DNA of 64,000 nucleotides, from the IMG/VR virus record IMGVR_UViG_3300020439_000005, positions 16,698 through 80,697 of that record, one strand, 5' to 3'. Both the position numbers and the translations under genes were made by a program. Positions 1-9,845 of this stretch are shown here, in pieces (the stretch's first letter is position 1; each line of letters starts with the position of its first letter). The stretch comes from a virus. The notes under the pieces were generated by a model. That model did no database searches and was not told where the DNA came from. It saw only the letters and a list, made by a program, of their open reading frames with translations.

Positions 1-201
1 ATAACATGTATGTTTTGTGAAATGAATTATGATTATGACCAATATCTTGTACTACATACAGAGTTCTTGTGTGTGTGTGCCTGTAAGGGGTATTGAATTG
101 GTTTTATTTCCGGTAGCCCCGTAGGGGCTAATGATGAGGGCTTTTCTTCGACGTATGACTTTCTAACTATATATCGGTGCAAAACCAATATGAAAAGTCA
201 A

Positions 202-2013
202 TCAATTCAGACTCGAATTAGTCGCCATTCTGATAGTCGATGCTATGTCCGGCGGTGCCCTTCCAACTGTTATCGTCATAACAGAATCCATGACTCCGAA
301 GTCCCAACCGATTGAGAATATCTCCTGTCGTCCGGCGAGACCACCATCAACAGATGCAAAGTCGATTATATCTCCGACTCTCATATCGAATCTCTCGGGC
401 AAGCCCTCAACTATCCATTGACTGTATGCGATACCCTGTCGCATCAATATCTGTCGTGCTAGAGTCTCGGCATGTGCTTGAGTTGAGACGTTCTCATCCT
501 TGAAGTATTTAGAGACCGCTCGACCTTGGTGGTTCAGAGATACTGTGGCCGTTATCGTTCCGTCTTTATTCTCGACAGTCACCGTGTTAAAGAAATCACT
601 ATCATTGGTCACACGTTCTACCATGGTTGGGTAGAAATCCTGTGGTACTGATGTTCTCGGTATTCGACCTGCAACATAAGGAGTCAAAGTCGAATCGTGG
701 AGTTCCCGCTTTTCTGCCACGTTGATGTACCCGTACGCATCTGCGTAGATTTGATATTGCCTCGGTGCTGAGTTTACGTAATTCAAAACACTTTGAATTG
801 CTTGTAGTCTAGTCTTGCCTTTGTACTTCAAACCGACAGGAATAGTGAACGGAAGTTCGGCCATCATTCTACCTATTGGTGGTTTGTAGGATGAGTCGGC
901 TACTATCTCTTTGATTAGTGAGGCTATGTTGCCTACACCTGCTGAAAGTTCCTCTGTAATGTATTCGTTCGCCAAGAATCCTAGGGCGTCCATGCAAGTC
1001 AGTTTGATTTCATCAGACGTCTCCTCGATGCCCGATACAAAGCCGGTGAATATCAATGGAGGGTTCGACCACATTCTCGGGGCCAAGTAAACTTGGATTG
1101 TTTCACCTAACGATGCTACGCCGCTCCTTCGACCTGCAACAGAAGATACAGTTATCGACAAAGTTCGAGGTGAGTTCATTTCCTCCTTTGAGGTGATTTT
1201 CCTAACTCCATGTAAGGGCCTACTTCCATTCAGCATTACAGTTGGTTGCCTTGGTGTTGCTTCATCTTCGGCTATTTGACCGTAGATTGTACGACCCATT
1301 ACCTGTCGTGAACGTACGAAGAATACCTTGTGAGGCCAATTATTCCTTAGATTGCCTAGTTGGAATTGTCTAGGTCTGTTCATCCATTGGAGACCCTCGG
1401 GGTTCCAACCACCATTCGAGTACCCTAACTTGCCTAGGTTGAAGGTCGGGTTTGGAAGGACGCTCGTAGGATAGTTCCCTTCGGTGGGTCCGGTGGTGAA
1501 TGCAAAACCCCCACGTGGACCACCACCACGACGAGAAGTCAAATCGTATTGGTCGGGGAAGATGCTAGCCGTTGTATAGAGATAGCCGAACCCATCGTCT
1601 GCTCCTGTGTACCCATCATGTAGGTGCGGGTCGAATGGCTTAGGTGATGCTAGGTTAGTGTAGCAGTACGTCTTAGGTCCGGTGGTTCTCCATATATCAG
1701 TCCCTTGGTTGGGGTGGAGAATCAACCCTAGACCGAAGTCATTTGGATAGTGTGCGGGTCGGTTGATGTCTTCCTTATCTTGAGGGGTCATAGCGTGTTC
1801 GACTTCTGCATCTTTACTGCGGAAGTTCATCCATTGTACTTCGGCCCACGTCCTAGATACAAAACGTGCTATTGCGGTCCTAGGACGACGTGGGTCCTCG
1901 GATAATTCGTCAACATAAGATGCTAAACTCTCGGGTGGCGTGATGACGTATTCATCGTCGTTAGGGTGCCTAACAATGCGAGTATATCGCTCATTCTCGT
2001 CGCTCACGTCCAA
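202..2013 (-). CDS. Tail tip / baseplate-hub-like protein
   Basis: C-terminal half has a hub-like pattern (LIFTGFVSGIEETSDEIKLTCMDALGFLA ... MRVGDIIDF ... TITVG); lies at the distal end of the tail gene block. Confidence 0.6.
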   Translation of the reverse strand: MDVSDENERYTRIVRHPNDDEYVITPPESLASYVDELSEDPRRPRTAIARFVSRTWAEVQWMNFRSKDAEVEHAMTPQDKEDINRPAHYPNDFGLGLILHPNQGTDIWRTTGPKTYCYTNLASPKPFDPHLHDGYTGADDGFGYLYTTASIFPDQYDLTSRRGGGPRGGFAFTTGPTEGNYPTSVLPNPTFNLGKLGYSNGGWNPEGLQWMNRPRQFQLGNLRNNWPHKVFFVRSRQVMGRTIYGQIAEDEATPRQPTVMLNGSRPLHGVRKITSKEEMNSPRTLSITVSSVAGRRSGVASLGETIQVYLAPRMWSNPPLIFTGFVSGIEETSDEIKLTCMDALGFLANEYITEELSAGVGNIASLIKEIVADSSYKPPIGRMMAELPFTIPVGLKYKGKTRLQAIQSVLNYVNSAPRQYQIYADAYGYINVAEKRELHDSTLTPYVAGRIPRTSVPQDFYPTMVERVTNDSDFFNTVTVENKDGTITATVSLNHQGRAVSKYFKDENVSTQAHAETLARQILMRQGIAYSQWIVEGLPERFDMRVGDIIDFASVDGGLAGRQEIFSIGWDFGVMDSVMTITVGRAPPDIASTIRMATNSSLN

Positions 2014-2075
2014 TCCACGTCATTAACAGGCTATTGACCGTATGCTTCATAGGGCGTGTCGGTATCGAACCGTTT

Positions 2076-2348
2076 GTGAGAGTTCTCAAGCCGGAGAAGG
2101 GATATTGCTTAGTTAGACGATGGGTACCCGAACAGACTACTACATCGGGTGTGATAATACAGGATGACGCCGCCTCATACGGCTTCGGTGTTATTGATGC
2201 AATTAACCCCGATGGAGGCCGAGAATACGACGTAGGCACCATTGTTTTGATAGCAAGTGATAAAGGAACTCCCGTTCAATGGAACGGTAATGTATGTCTC
2301 ATGGTTAAGATATACGACATAATAGGAACCGTGGAGGAATCAGAATGA
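2076..2348 (+). CDS. groES: Co-chaperonin GroES (Cpn10)
   Basis: LKPEKGYCLVRR...TTTSGVII mobile loop...VGTIVL...GTPV...DIIGTV aligns to GroES by eye; likely GTG start at 2076; ATGA overlap with groEL. Confidence 0.85.
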   Translation: MRVLKPEKGYCLVRRWVPEQTTTSGVIIQDDAASYGFGVIDAINPDGGREYDVGTIVLIASDKGTPVQWNGNVCLMVKIYDIIGTVEESE

Positions 2349-3919
2349 AGCGTTCGATATTTGGAGAAGAAGCAAGAGAAGCATTGATGCGAGGAATAGA
2401 CGAAGTCGCTAACTCAGTAAAACCAACACTAGGACCTGCGGCTCGTACTGTTATACTAGAGAGGCAGTATGGTTCTCCTATCGTCATCAACGACGGTGTG
2501 ACTATTGCCAAGGACATAGATATGAAAGAGGACCCGTATGCTAATCTCGGTGTTCGCTTGATTCAAGAAGCCGCAAGCAAGGCTCAAGATAACGCAGGTG
2601 ATGGTACTACTACTGCGTCGATACTAACTCAGTCTCTATGTACGAAGGGGTTAGCCGAGATGAAGACAGGTAGGAATCCAATCCATATCAAAAAGGGATT
2701 CGATAAGGCGGTCGAAATTGCAGTAAAGGCGATTGAAGACGCATCTCAAGATGTCGACGACGAATCTTTGGTACACGTTGCTACTATCGCCGCCAACAAT
2801 GATGAGATGATTGGTGGTTTGATTGCCGAGGCTTTCGGCAAGGTCGGTCGAGATGGAATCGTCTCGATTGAAGAATCGAACGGTCTCGATACGACGCTCG
2901 AAGTTGTAGATGGTTTGGAGTTTACTAAGGGTCTCCTTAGCCCACACTTCCTCACCGATGAGGAAAAACAAATCTCGATTTTGAAGAATCCGTTGATTTT
3001 GATTACAGATGAACACATCAAACACGCTCAAGAGATTGTTGATGTTCTGAATTATTCTGCTGAGATGAAAAGACCATTACTCATCGTAGCGGCTAAACTC
3101 GAAGGAGAAGCACTTGCTACACTCGCTTTGAATGCCACACGTGGCGTCCTTGAAGTCGCCGCAGTTGAGGCTCCTTCCTTTGGTAATTCACGTGAAGAAA
3201 TCCTCACCGATATTGCTACGGTCGTTGGTGCAGTTCCTATTTTTGCTAGCAAGGGAATGTCGACACAACGGAACGGCATAGAGTCGCTAGGTCGTGCTAG
3301 TACGGTCAAATGCTCCATGAAGCGAACTACAATAGTCGGTGGAGCAGGTGTTGATTCTGATATTAAGAAAAGACAGGAGGCTTTGATTGCTCAGTCGAAA
3401 GAGGCTGAGACTGATTGGGAAGCCGAGGCTCTGCGAGCAAGAGCGGGCAAGATTTCCGGTGGAGTAGCGGTACTACATATCGGTGGTAAAACAGAAGCCG
3501 AGATGAGGGAGCGTGTGGCACGTGTCGACGATTCTCTGAATGCTACTAGAGCGGCCCTGCAAGAGGGAATAGTGCCGGGTGGTTCTATCATGTACCTACG
3601 TGCTAGGGATGAGATTCTTGATGCCTCAGATGATGCCGAAGGGGACGTTTGGTTGGGTATGATGATGGTTCACGATGCCTTGAGCGAACCGTTCCATCAG
3701 TTATGCTACAATGCAGGTGTCGACGGCTCAGAGGCTTTGGATAAGGTCGTCGAGATGAACGACCCTACATACGGTCTGAATGCTAAGACGCTAGAGTACG
3801 GAGACCTGCTAGAACAGGGAGTCATAGACCCTGCGAAGGTCGTCAAGAACTCACTAGAGACTGCGGCGTCAATAGCGGGTCTCGTATTGACCACCGAAGT
3901 TCTAGTCGCTGAGGACTAG
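2345..3919 (+). CDS. groEL: Group I chaperonin GroEL (Cpn60)
   Basis: VKPTLGP, NDGVTIAK, AGDGTTTA, GGVAV, EGIVPGG and GVIDPAKV motifs; no C-terminal GGM tail. Confidence 0.97.
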   Translation: MKRSIFGEEAREALMRGIDEVANSVKPTLGPAARTVILERQYGSPIVINDGVTIAKDIDMKEDPYANLGVRLIQEAASKAQDNAGDGTTTASILTQSLCTKGLAEMKTGRNPIHIKKGFDKAVEIAVKAIEDASQDVDDESLVHVATIAANNDEMIGGLIAEAFGKVGRDGIVSIEESNGLDTTLEVVDGLEFTKGLLSPHFLTDEEKQISILKNPLILITDEHIKHAQEIVDVLNYSAEMKRPLLIVAAKLEGEALATLALNATRGVLEVAAVEAPSFGNSREEILTDIATVVGAVPIFASKGMSTQRNGIESLGRASTVKCSMKRTTIVGGAGVDSDIKKRQEALIAQSKEAETDWEAEALRARAGKISGGVAVLHIGGKTEAEMRERVARVDDSLNATRAALQEGIVPGGSIMYLRARDEILDASDDAEGDVWLGMMMVHDALSEPFHQLCYNAGVDGSEALDKVVEMNDPTYGLNAKTLEYGDLLEQGVIDPAKVVKNSLETAASIAGLVLTTEVLVAED

Positions 3920-4327
3920 CCAACTGTACCAATTCTCTCGGTGCCATGAAGTCGGATTTCCGTTGAAGACCCATGCTCCTTCGTTTCGGTAGTCTCCGGT
4001 CCAAGGAACATTCTCCTTAGTGCAGAGTGTACTGACTACAAAGTTAGCCCACTTGTTTACACTACCGGACCACTTCTCGCCTTCGTGTGAGGGGTGTTGG
4101 GTGACGACAGTCTCGTTTGGGTTGTTGTGGTCGGTGCATACCCACGCCCAAGGACGCTCGTCGTCGTATGCCGGTGCAGTATAACGTCCATAGACAACCG
4201 TAAAGCCCTCAAAATATAGTGCCCCGTCTCGCATTTCCATGCGTTCGGACCGGCCTACTTCTTCAAGAAGGCCGTTTATTTCAGTCATGATTTCTTCCCG
4301 AGTTGTCGCAAATAACTGTCTGCTCAT
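3902..4327 (-). CDS. Hypothetical protein
   Basis: 141-aa ORF with CACAAAAC-N7-TTATATAC promoter 22 nt upstream. Confidence 0.7.
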   Translation of the reverse strand: MSRQLFATTREEIMTEINGLLEEVGRSERMEMRDGALYFEGFTVVYGRYTAPAYDDERPWAWVCTDHNNPNETVVTQHPSHEGEKWSGSVNKWANFVVSTLCTKENVPWTGDYRNEGAWVFNGNPTSWHRENWYSWLVLSD

Positions 4328-4348
4328 GTTTAACCGTAGGGGGTTGGG

Positions 4349-4371
4349 GTATATAACATGTATGTTTTGTG
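4349..4371 (-). promoter_or_regulatory. Class A promoter CACAAAAC-N7-T(T/C)ATATA(G/C) (representative)
   Basis: Also at 1-19 (partial), 19431, 23713, 28034, 31823, 35531 and 40090, all with the same spacing. Confidence 0.8.
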
Positions 4372-4373
4372 AA

Positions 4374-7300
4374 TCAGAACCCGAACCTGTTGCTCGAACC
4401 TGCTAGAGCGTCTTGGTCTCCTATCCTTGTGATTAGGGCACCCGACCACGGCCAATACAATGTCGAGCCTCCGTGTGGTGTTCTATACCAACATAGAGGA
4501 TTGGCCGACCACGCTAGGTCTAGGTCCGAAGCATTACTGCCCCAAAATCTCTGATACCTTAACTGCGGTTGGTCGTGACTGAAATCCTCTGACCCCGCCA
4601 TTGTCTCGGCGGCACCCATTATGTCGAACTTACTTGTGCTAGCGTTCCATTTTATCGACGGAACAGACAACCAACGGACGTTCATAGAACGGATAACATT
4701 CTCAGATGCAGTAGCGGCGTCAAACTCGAACGAAGGAATCCACACTTCCATGAAGTGAGAGCGAGCAGTCCATATTCCGGTAGCGTCTCCGTATGAGAAC
4801 CCAACCGATGAAAGAGTCGCACTATCCGGCACACCGGGCCATGCTAGAGGGTATGGGTCATCGTCTTCGGGTGTAGGCACCGTACTAAACTCGGATGCAC
4901 TTCTCCATCTTGCTACAATATGCAATTGACCCTTTCCATTCGTAGTCATTGTTAGGGCTGAGATGTCGAATGGATTTCCTGTTATTGGATGGAATATGTG
5001 TTTGGTTGTTTTGTTGGCTTCTGCTAAGTCACGCTTCGCATCCATGGCTACTATCTTAACGTCATAGACTGTGGTTGAGTAAACGAGCATCAGTCTATCT
5101 TCCTCATTGATTAAAGCATCCCAATAGATTACATTATCAGAAGCCGTACTAATTATGATTGGTGAGTTAAACGAATGAGCGGTGCCACTTGAGAATACAC
5201 CTTGGGCTACGAAGATGTCTGAGTCTGCCTCGCTGTTATCAGACTCACGATACAAAATGTACGGCAGGTCATCTCCTCTAAGGCATATCTTAGGTAGGTC
5301 AATATCATGGTCAGATGTAGCAGTTCTGACGACTACCCAACGGCCATCATCCCAAGTTCCGGTCTGACCACTAGGCATAGCAACCCATGATTGATTTACT
5401 TCTTTCATAGTATATACTACTGAATATTCATCTGCTGAATCTACGTAGTGTATCGCCGCTAGGTGAAGCCTGTCCTTCGAGTCACAAACCAAAGACGGTT
5501 GCATTAGATTGTCTCCGGTGCTGAACGGATTGAGAGAACCCGAGATGTTGACGGGCGTCACGGCTGACCAATCCCACTTGTAAACGTGGTCGGGACTACT
5601 TGCCACCATGACTCTATGTGCGTACGTATAGAACAGGCGTCGGTTAGGAACTCCGCTAACCGAAGCGTCACCATCTCTAGCCACTTCGATGACTGCATGA
5701 ATGGTTCCGAAAGAGTCGGATGCGAATGCGGCACCGTATATTTTATCGTTAGAATCGAGGGACTGCGAGCCTATTTCACTAATTAACAATACTTCGTCGA
5801 GTCCACTACCCCCACCATTGTTCTCAGAATGTCTGTTCCAAAACAAATCACTTCCCGGTGGCTTGGTATAATGGACGTACGTAGGTTGGTTCCCACGTGA
5901 TGTTTTCGTCGAAGGTCCCAAATTGAAATGATGAAGTGTTCCATCTTCGGTTCTCAAGATTCTCTGACCTTTGCCAAGGTACCCACTATGAGCAGAAGTA
6001 GCATTTGCAGTCGAGTTAGATTCGTCAGTATTAGAAGTTGCATTACTAGCAGTTGGTTTTATGCCACGTGCGTTAACTATGCTTCCACTATCCCAATACG
6101 GACGAACATGATTGGAGACATGTACTTCAACAGAAGACTTGAGTTGCTCTCCGACTGCTACCCAATCTTTCTTGCTTAGTTCTTGTGTTCTTGCCAACGT
6201 CACATGTGGATAACCTGCCGTGTAGACCTTATCCCAATCATAGTCAGACCCCGTCATAATAGGTACTGCACCTGCATGAAAGTGGTCGGTGGGGTGGTTG
6301 ACCCAAAAGGCGGATAATGAGTTGCCGCTAACGAATGGTCCACCTATGAGTTCGTCGTCTAGTAGAATGTCGTTGTAAAGCACGTTCCCCGAGTTCGTGG
6401 CCCTTCTTGTAGAACCATCCTTCCATAAGTTAGTCCGTAGGTACGACTGTCCTATGGTGTTTCCATCACCTGCTAAATCAAATCCGCTCAACAAATCAGA
6501 TGCTCCCTCAAGATGCAAAGTATCTGTTCGTGAGAATGGAGTTTCTAATTCTAGGTCAAGTGAGCCTTTACCACCTGCTCTAGCCCTCACATGAACTTGC
6601 CCCGGTGCTAAGAGATGCAACGGAATGTCGTAGCCTAGACCACCGTGTACCATCTTCCAAGTTCTGTCTGTTCTGTATGGATGAGTGTTGGTAGACAGCC
6701 CAAAGTGCAAAGGCCCGAAGTGAGAAAACCCACCGAGAGGTCCGACCAATTGTCGACCAACATGTGCCCCACCAACTAAAGAAGCGAATGGTGCGTCAAT
6801 TGACCCTTCGCTATACGAAGTGGTGTCGTAGGAACGTGTGTTGTACAAAGATTCGGGGAAGGCCCATCCCGACCATCCATATTCACAAAACGGACTTGCC
6901 GAAGAACCGAAGTCAGCAAACCCAACCGTAGTCGGTATGAACCTAGTCTTGCGTAGGTGTTGGTATCTATCCACAGCCCATGCGTCTACACCTGCCTTCT
7001 CAGTTGTAATATCATCATAACCATGGTAGTCGACCCTGTCGCACATTTGACGGTATGGGTAGCCATAAAGAATCGTACCATCACTTAGAATATGAGGTAG
7101 GCACTTTGGTAGTACGGCATGAGAGCAACGTCCTTCGGGGTATGAGCCATAGGTTATCGGTATCGCCCTCTGAGCGGATTCGGGGTACCAATAAGCGATA
7201 CGTGAACCGCTCCACCACGTATCTTCTTCAACCCAATTCTGAGTTCCCTTGCTTGCTCCATCAATGGTTGAGTAAGTTATCTCAAACTTGGCTTTGCCCT

Positions 7301-9842
7301 CTCTAACCCTGCCGTTTCTTGCGGGTGTATCGGACCAAAGAAGGACTAGACTTCTTGCACTAGAGTTGGCTACCATCTGACTCCATGTTGGTACATCTCC
7401 AAAGTTAGAACCACCGAATGCGTTGGTAGGGTCGAAGTAATCGTCGTAATTCAGAGCCGTTGGAACTTGGAAATGCCCCGCCGTCTCTGTGCCACTAAGA
7501 GGGTCAGAAGGTGGGGTCTCTCCTTCCCCTTGGTCTATTGCTACACATACTTTCGTAGTAGCGTTGTAATAATATCCCGGAGGACATGGATTAGAGAACC
7601 CGTCGGGGTTGAACGGCCATGCGTTAATGTCGGGTGTTGGATAGTCACCCGAGTTGCTAATCATATCTCGGTGAATAGCGGCCATCATCATTTTTCCATC
7701 TTCCATGATTCGTAGAGATGAACAATGAATAGTTGGATGAAGTAAAGATTCTGCGTAGGAAGTGTGGTCGGGGTGTCTTGCTCTGTCCTTCCTCTCTTGA
7801 CCTATGTATCTCATTAGTTCGACTTGCGGGAATACCCAATCGTGGATAGTCCATTGATACGCTGAATTGGAGATTGTTATTCCTGTTCGGGAGTCAAGGC
7901 TCTCGCTTTTTCCTACTAACAGATTGTACAATGGGTTGTCTGTTGGTGTTGTACTGTCCGTCGTGTACAGAGCGTCATTGTTAGCGGTCCACTTGAAGAT
8001 GAGTAGTTCACTCCCTCTCGGATTACCTGCCGCTCCGCTTCCACCATCGGGCCACACCTGCCCTGTGCCCCAAACTTCTGAGTTGAAGTCGCTCGCATCT
8101 ATCGCATCTGCTCCAACTAATAATTCTCCACCGTACGCATCTGCGTCCCAAAGGTGACTGATTCCTCCTCTTTGGTAGAATCCTCCCGACTCTACGGTGC
8201 CGCATAGTTTGGGTATGCGAGTCCAATTTGGATTAGCAAGAGGTCTGAATGGTGTTATCTGATGTAGACCCCATGAGGTCTGACTGACTGCGAAAGTCTG
8301 AGCGGTCGTTCCCAACTTCACACCTGTTAGCGTTGGGTCTAGTCTGAATACTGCATGATAGATAGTCACGCTGTCTTGTGAGTAGTCTGCGTCGATAAAT
8401 GGTTCATCCAAAGTGGGGTCATTACGGCTTGTGTAGTCTGCGGTTCCTCCTTCCGATACCGTCTTTGGTGTTGGTACTACGGAGACTAATACGTGATAGT
8501 CTACTATCGGCTTTCTGAATGATACTCCCTCTACTGTGACGTTCTCATATCGAATCAAAGATGGGACGACTCGAACTCGGGTCGGCACCTTGTCTGCTAG
8601 GAAAGTGGAGGAGATTGCAGTCGTACCATTCCACGCTCCCGTACCCGTAGTATCTCCATAGATACGTCCACCTGCTAGTGAGTAGGTTGACTTCAAACTG
8701 TTAGTGGTGGTGGTGCCTGTATTGTATGATGCCGAAGTATCGACATTTCTTCCGGTTATGAATCTAGTTTGGTTGTCGTTCGTATCTCCTGTGTACCCCG
8801 ACCTACGAGCCGCCGTACCTAGAGAATCTTGTAGAGGATGTATTGCACTTCCGTTTGTGTAGTTGTATCGAGAACCTGTGGCTAAGGTATGGTCTGCATA
8901 CCACTTGCCATTTCTCAAAAGGCTTTGACCGGAATGAACCTGTACGTTCAGCCCCGAGTATGTTCCTTTAGTCTCGTCCGTAGGTACGTTGTGAAATGCT
9001 GATACTACGAATACGCCATCGTAGCCAATCAAACCACAGGTGTCTAGTACCATGTGGTTTCCCTGTTCAACTCTACCTAGGTCATAAGTTGAGGAACCGT
9101 CTACAACTAGAGGAACTTGTATCGTCTCATAGTTGGTTAGAATGTTAGAAGTCTCAGTAGCACTCTCTGTACTCAGAGGAGAACCTAATGTTGTACCGGA
9201 CGCCAATACAGTTTGACGTGCCCCTAGATTGATTCCCCAAAGAGATGAGCATGCTGTTCCTTGGTTAGTCCTGTTAGTAAGTCCTGTTGTTGTGATGTCG
9301 GACTTATCCGACACGAATCCTACTGTTGAATATGCGGTGTTGTGAAAAGAACCGAACGATATTCCGAGTCCGTTGGAAGCAATATCAGTAGAAGTGTAGA
9401 ATGCTATATTCAACGGAGACCCGTTGGTTGAGGTTCTGCCGAGAGTGAGTTGGTTATCTTGTGCGGGGATTTCAGTTGTGTCTCTCTTGACTGAGAATGT
9501 ATGATTCGCAGGTACGTTGCCTGTGTCTGTTCTTCTCTTGTGTGCCCCGAACCTACCCGGTTCTGTGATGGTCATTACTGTCCCCGATACTGATACCGAG
9601 GTAGCAGATGATGAATGCAGAGAACCTACGACGCTCGCACTTTCTATTTGGCTAGTCTCCAACCAACCGAGGTCGCTGTTCAGACGTGGTGGGGACACGT
9701 TGAGAAGAAGGTCGTATGCGGTGGGGTTTGTTGTTGGGTTCCAAGCATACCGATAAGTCGCTTCGTCATTTACAATAGAGGTTAGAGGAAGACCCGCTTC
9801 TGCACCCACAGGTGGCTTCATATCAACGGGTGTTCGAGGCAT
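4374..9842 (-). CDS. Large virion tail / receptor-binding protein, probably with a C-terminal beta-propeller
   Basis: 1822 aa, S/T/G/D rich; repeated 'D..G.(I/L)H' blade-like motifs in the C-terminal third; downstream of tape measure. Confidence 0.6.
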   Translation of the reverse strand: MPRTPVDMKPPVGAEAGLPLTSIVNDEATYRYAWNPTTNPTAYDLLLNVSPPRLNSDLGWLETSQIESASVVGSLHSSSATSVSVSGTVMTITEPGRFGAHKRRTDTGNVPANHTFSVKRDTTEIPAQDNQLTLGRTSTNGSPLNIAFYTSTDIASNGLGISFGSFHNTAYSTVGFVSDKSDITTTGLTNRTNQGTACSSLWGINLGARQTVLASGTTLGSPLSTESATETSNILTNYETIQVPLVVDGSSTYDLGRVEQGNHMVLDTCGLIGYDGVFVVSAFHNVPTDETKGTYSGLNVQVHSGQSLLRNGKWYADHTLATGSRYNYTNGSAIHPLQDSLGTAARRSGYTGDTNDNQTRFITGRNVDTSASYNTGTTTTNSLKSTYSLAGGRIYGDTTGTGAWNGTTAISSTFLADKVPTRVRVVPSLIRYENVTVEGVSFRKPIVDYHVLVSVVPTPKTVSEGGTADYTSRNDPTLDEPFIDADYSQDSVTIYHAVFRLDPTLTGVKLGTTAQTFAVSQTSWGLHQITPFRPLANPNWTRIPKLCGTVESGGFYQRGGISHLWDADAYGGELLVGADAIDASDFNSEVWGTGQVWPDGGSGAAGNPRGSELLIFKWTANNDALYTTDSTTPTDNPLYNLLVGKSESLDSRTGITISNSAYQWTIHDWVFPQVELMRYIGQERKDRARHPDHTSYAESLLHPTIHCSSLRIMEDGKMMMAAIHRDMISNSGDYPTPDINAWPFNPDGFSNPCPPGYYYNATTKVCVAIDQGEGETPPSDPLSGTETAGHFQVPTALNYDDYFDPTNAFGGSNFGDVPTWSQMVANSSARSLVLLWSDTPARNGRVREGKAKFEITYSTIDGASKGTQNWVEEDTWWSGSRIAYWYPESAQRAIPITYGSYPEGRCSHAVLPKCLPHILSDGTILYGYPYRQMCDRVDYHGYDDITTEKAGVDAWAVDRYQHLRKTRFIPTTVGFADFGSSASPFCEYGWSGWAFPESLYNTRSYDTTSYSEGSIDAPFASLVGGAHVGRQLVGPLGGFSHFGPLHFGLSTNTHPYRTDRTWKMVHGGLGYDIPLHLLAPGQVHVRARAGGKGSLDLELETPFSRTDTLHLEGASDLLSGFDLAGDGNTIGQSYLRTNLWKDGSTRRATNSGNVLYNDILLDDELIGGPFVSGNSLSAFWVNHPTDHFHAGAVPIMTGSDYDWDKVYTAGYPHVTLARTQELSKKDWVAVGEQLKSSVEVHVSNHVRPYWDSGSIVNARGIKPTASNATSNTDESNSTANATSAHSGYLGKGQRILRTEDGTLHHFNLGPSTKTSRGNQPTYVHYTKPPGSDLFWNRHSENNGGGSGLDEVLLISEIGSQSLDSNDKIYGAAFASDSFGTIHAVIEVARDGDASVSGVPNRRLFYTYAHRVMVASSPDHVYKWDWSAVTPVNISGSLNPFSTGDNLMQPSLVCDSKDRLHLAAIHYVDSADEYSVVYTMKEVNQSWVAMPSGQTGTWDDGRWVVVRTATSDHDIDLPKICLRGDDLPYILYRESDNSEADSDIFVAQGVFSSGTAHSFNSPIIISTASDNVIYWDALINEEDRLMLVYSTTVYDVKIVAMDAKRDLAEANKTTKHIFHPITGNPFDISALTMTTNGKGQLHIVARWRSASEFSTVPTPEDDDPYPLAWPGVPDSATLSSVGFSYGDATGIWTARSHFMEVWIPSFEFDAATASENVIRSMNVRWLSVPSIKWNASTSKFDIMGAAETMAGSEDFSHDQPQLRYQRFWGSNASDLDLAWSANPLCWYRTPHGGSTLYWPWSGALITRIGDQDALAGSSNRFGF

Positions 9843-9845
9843 GTA

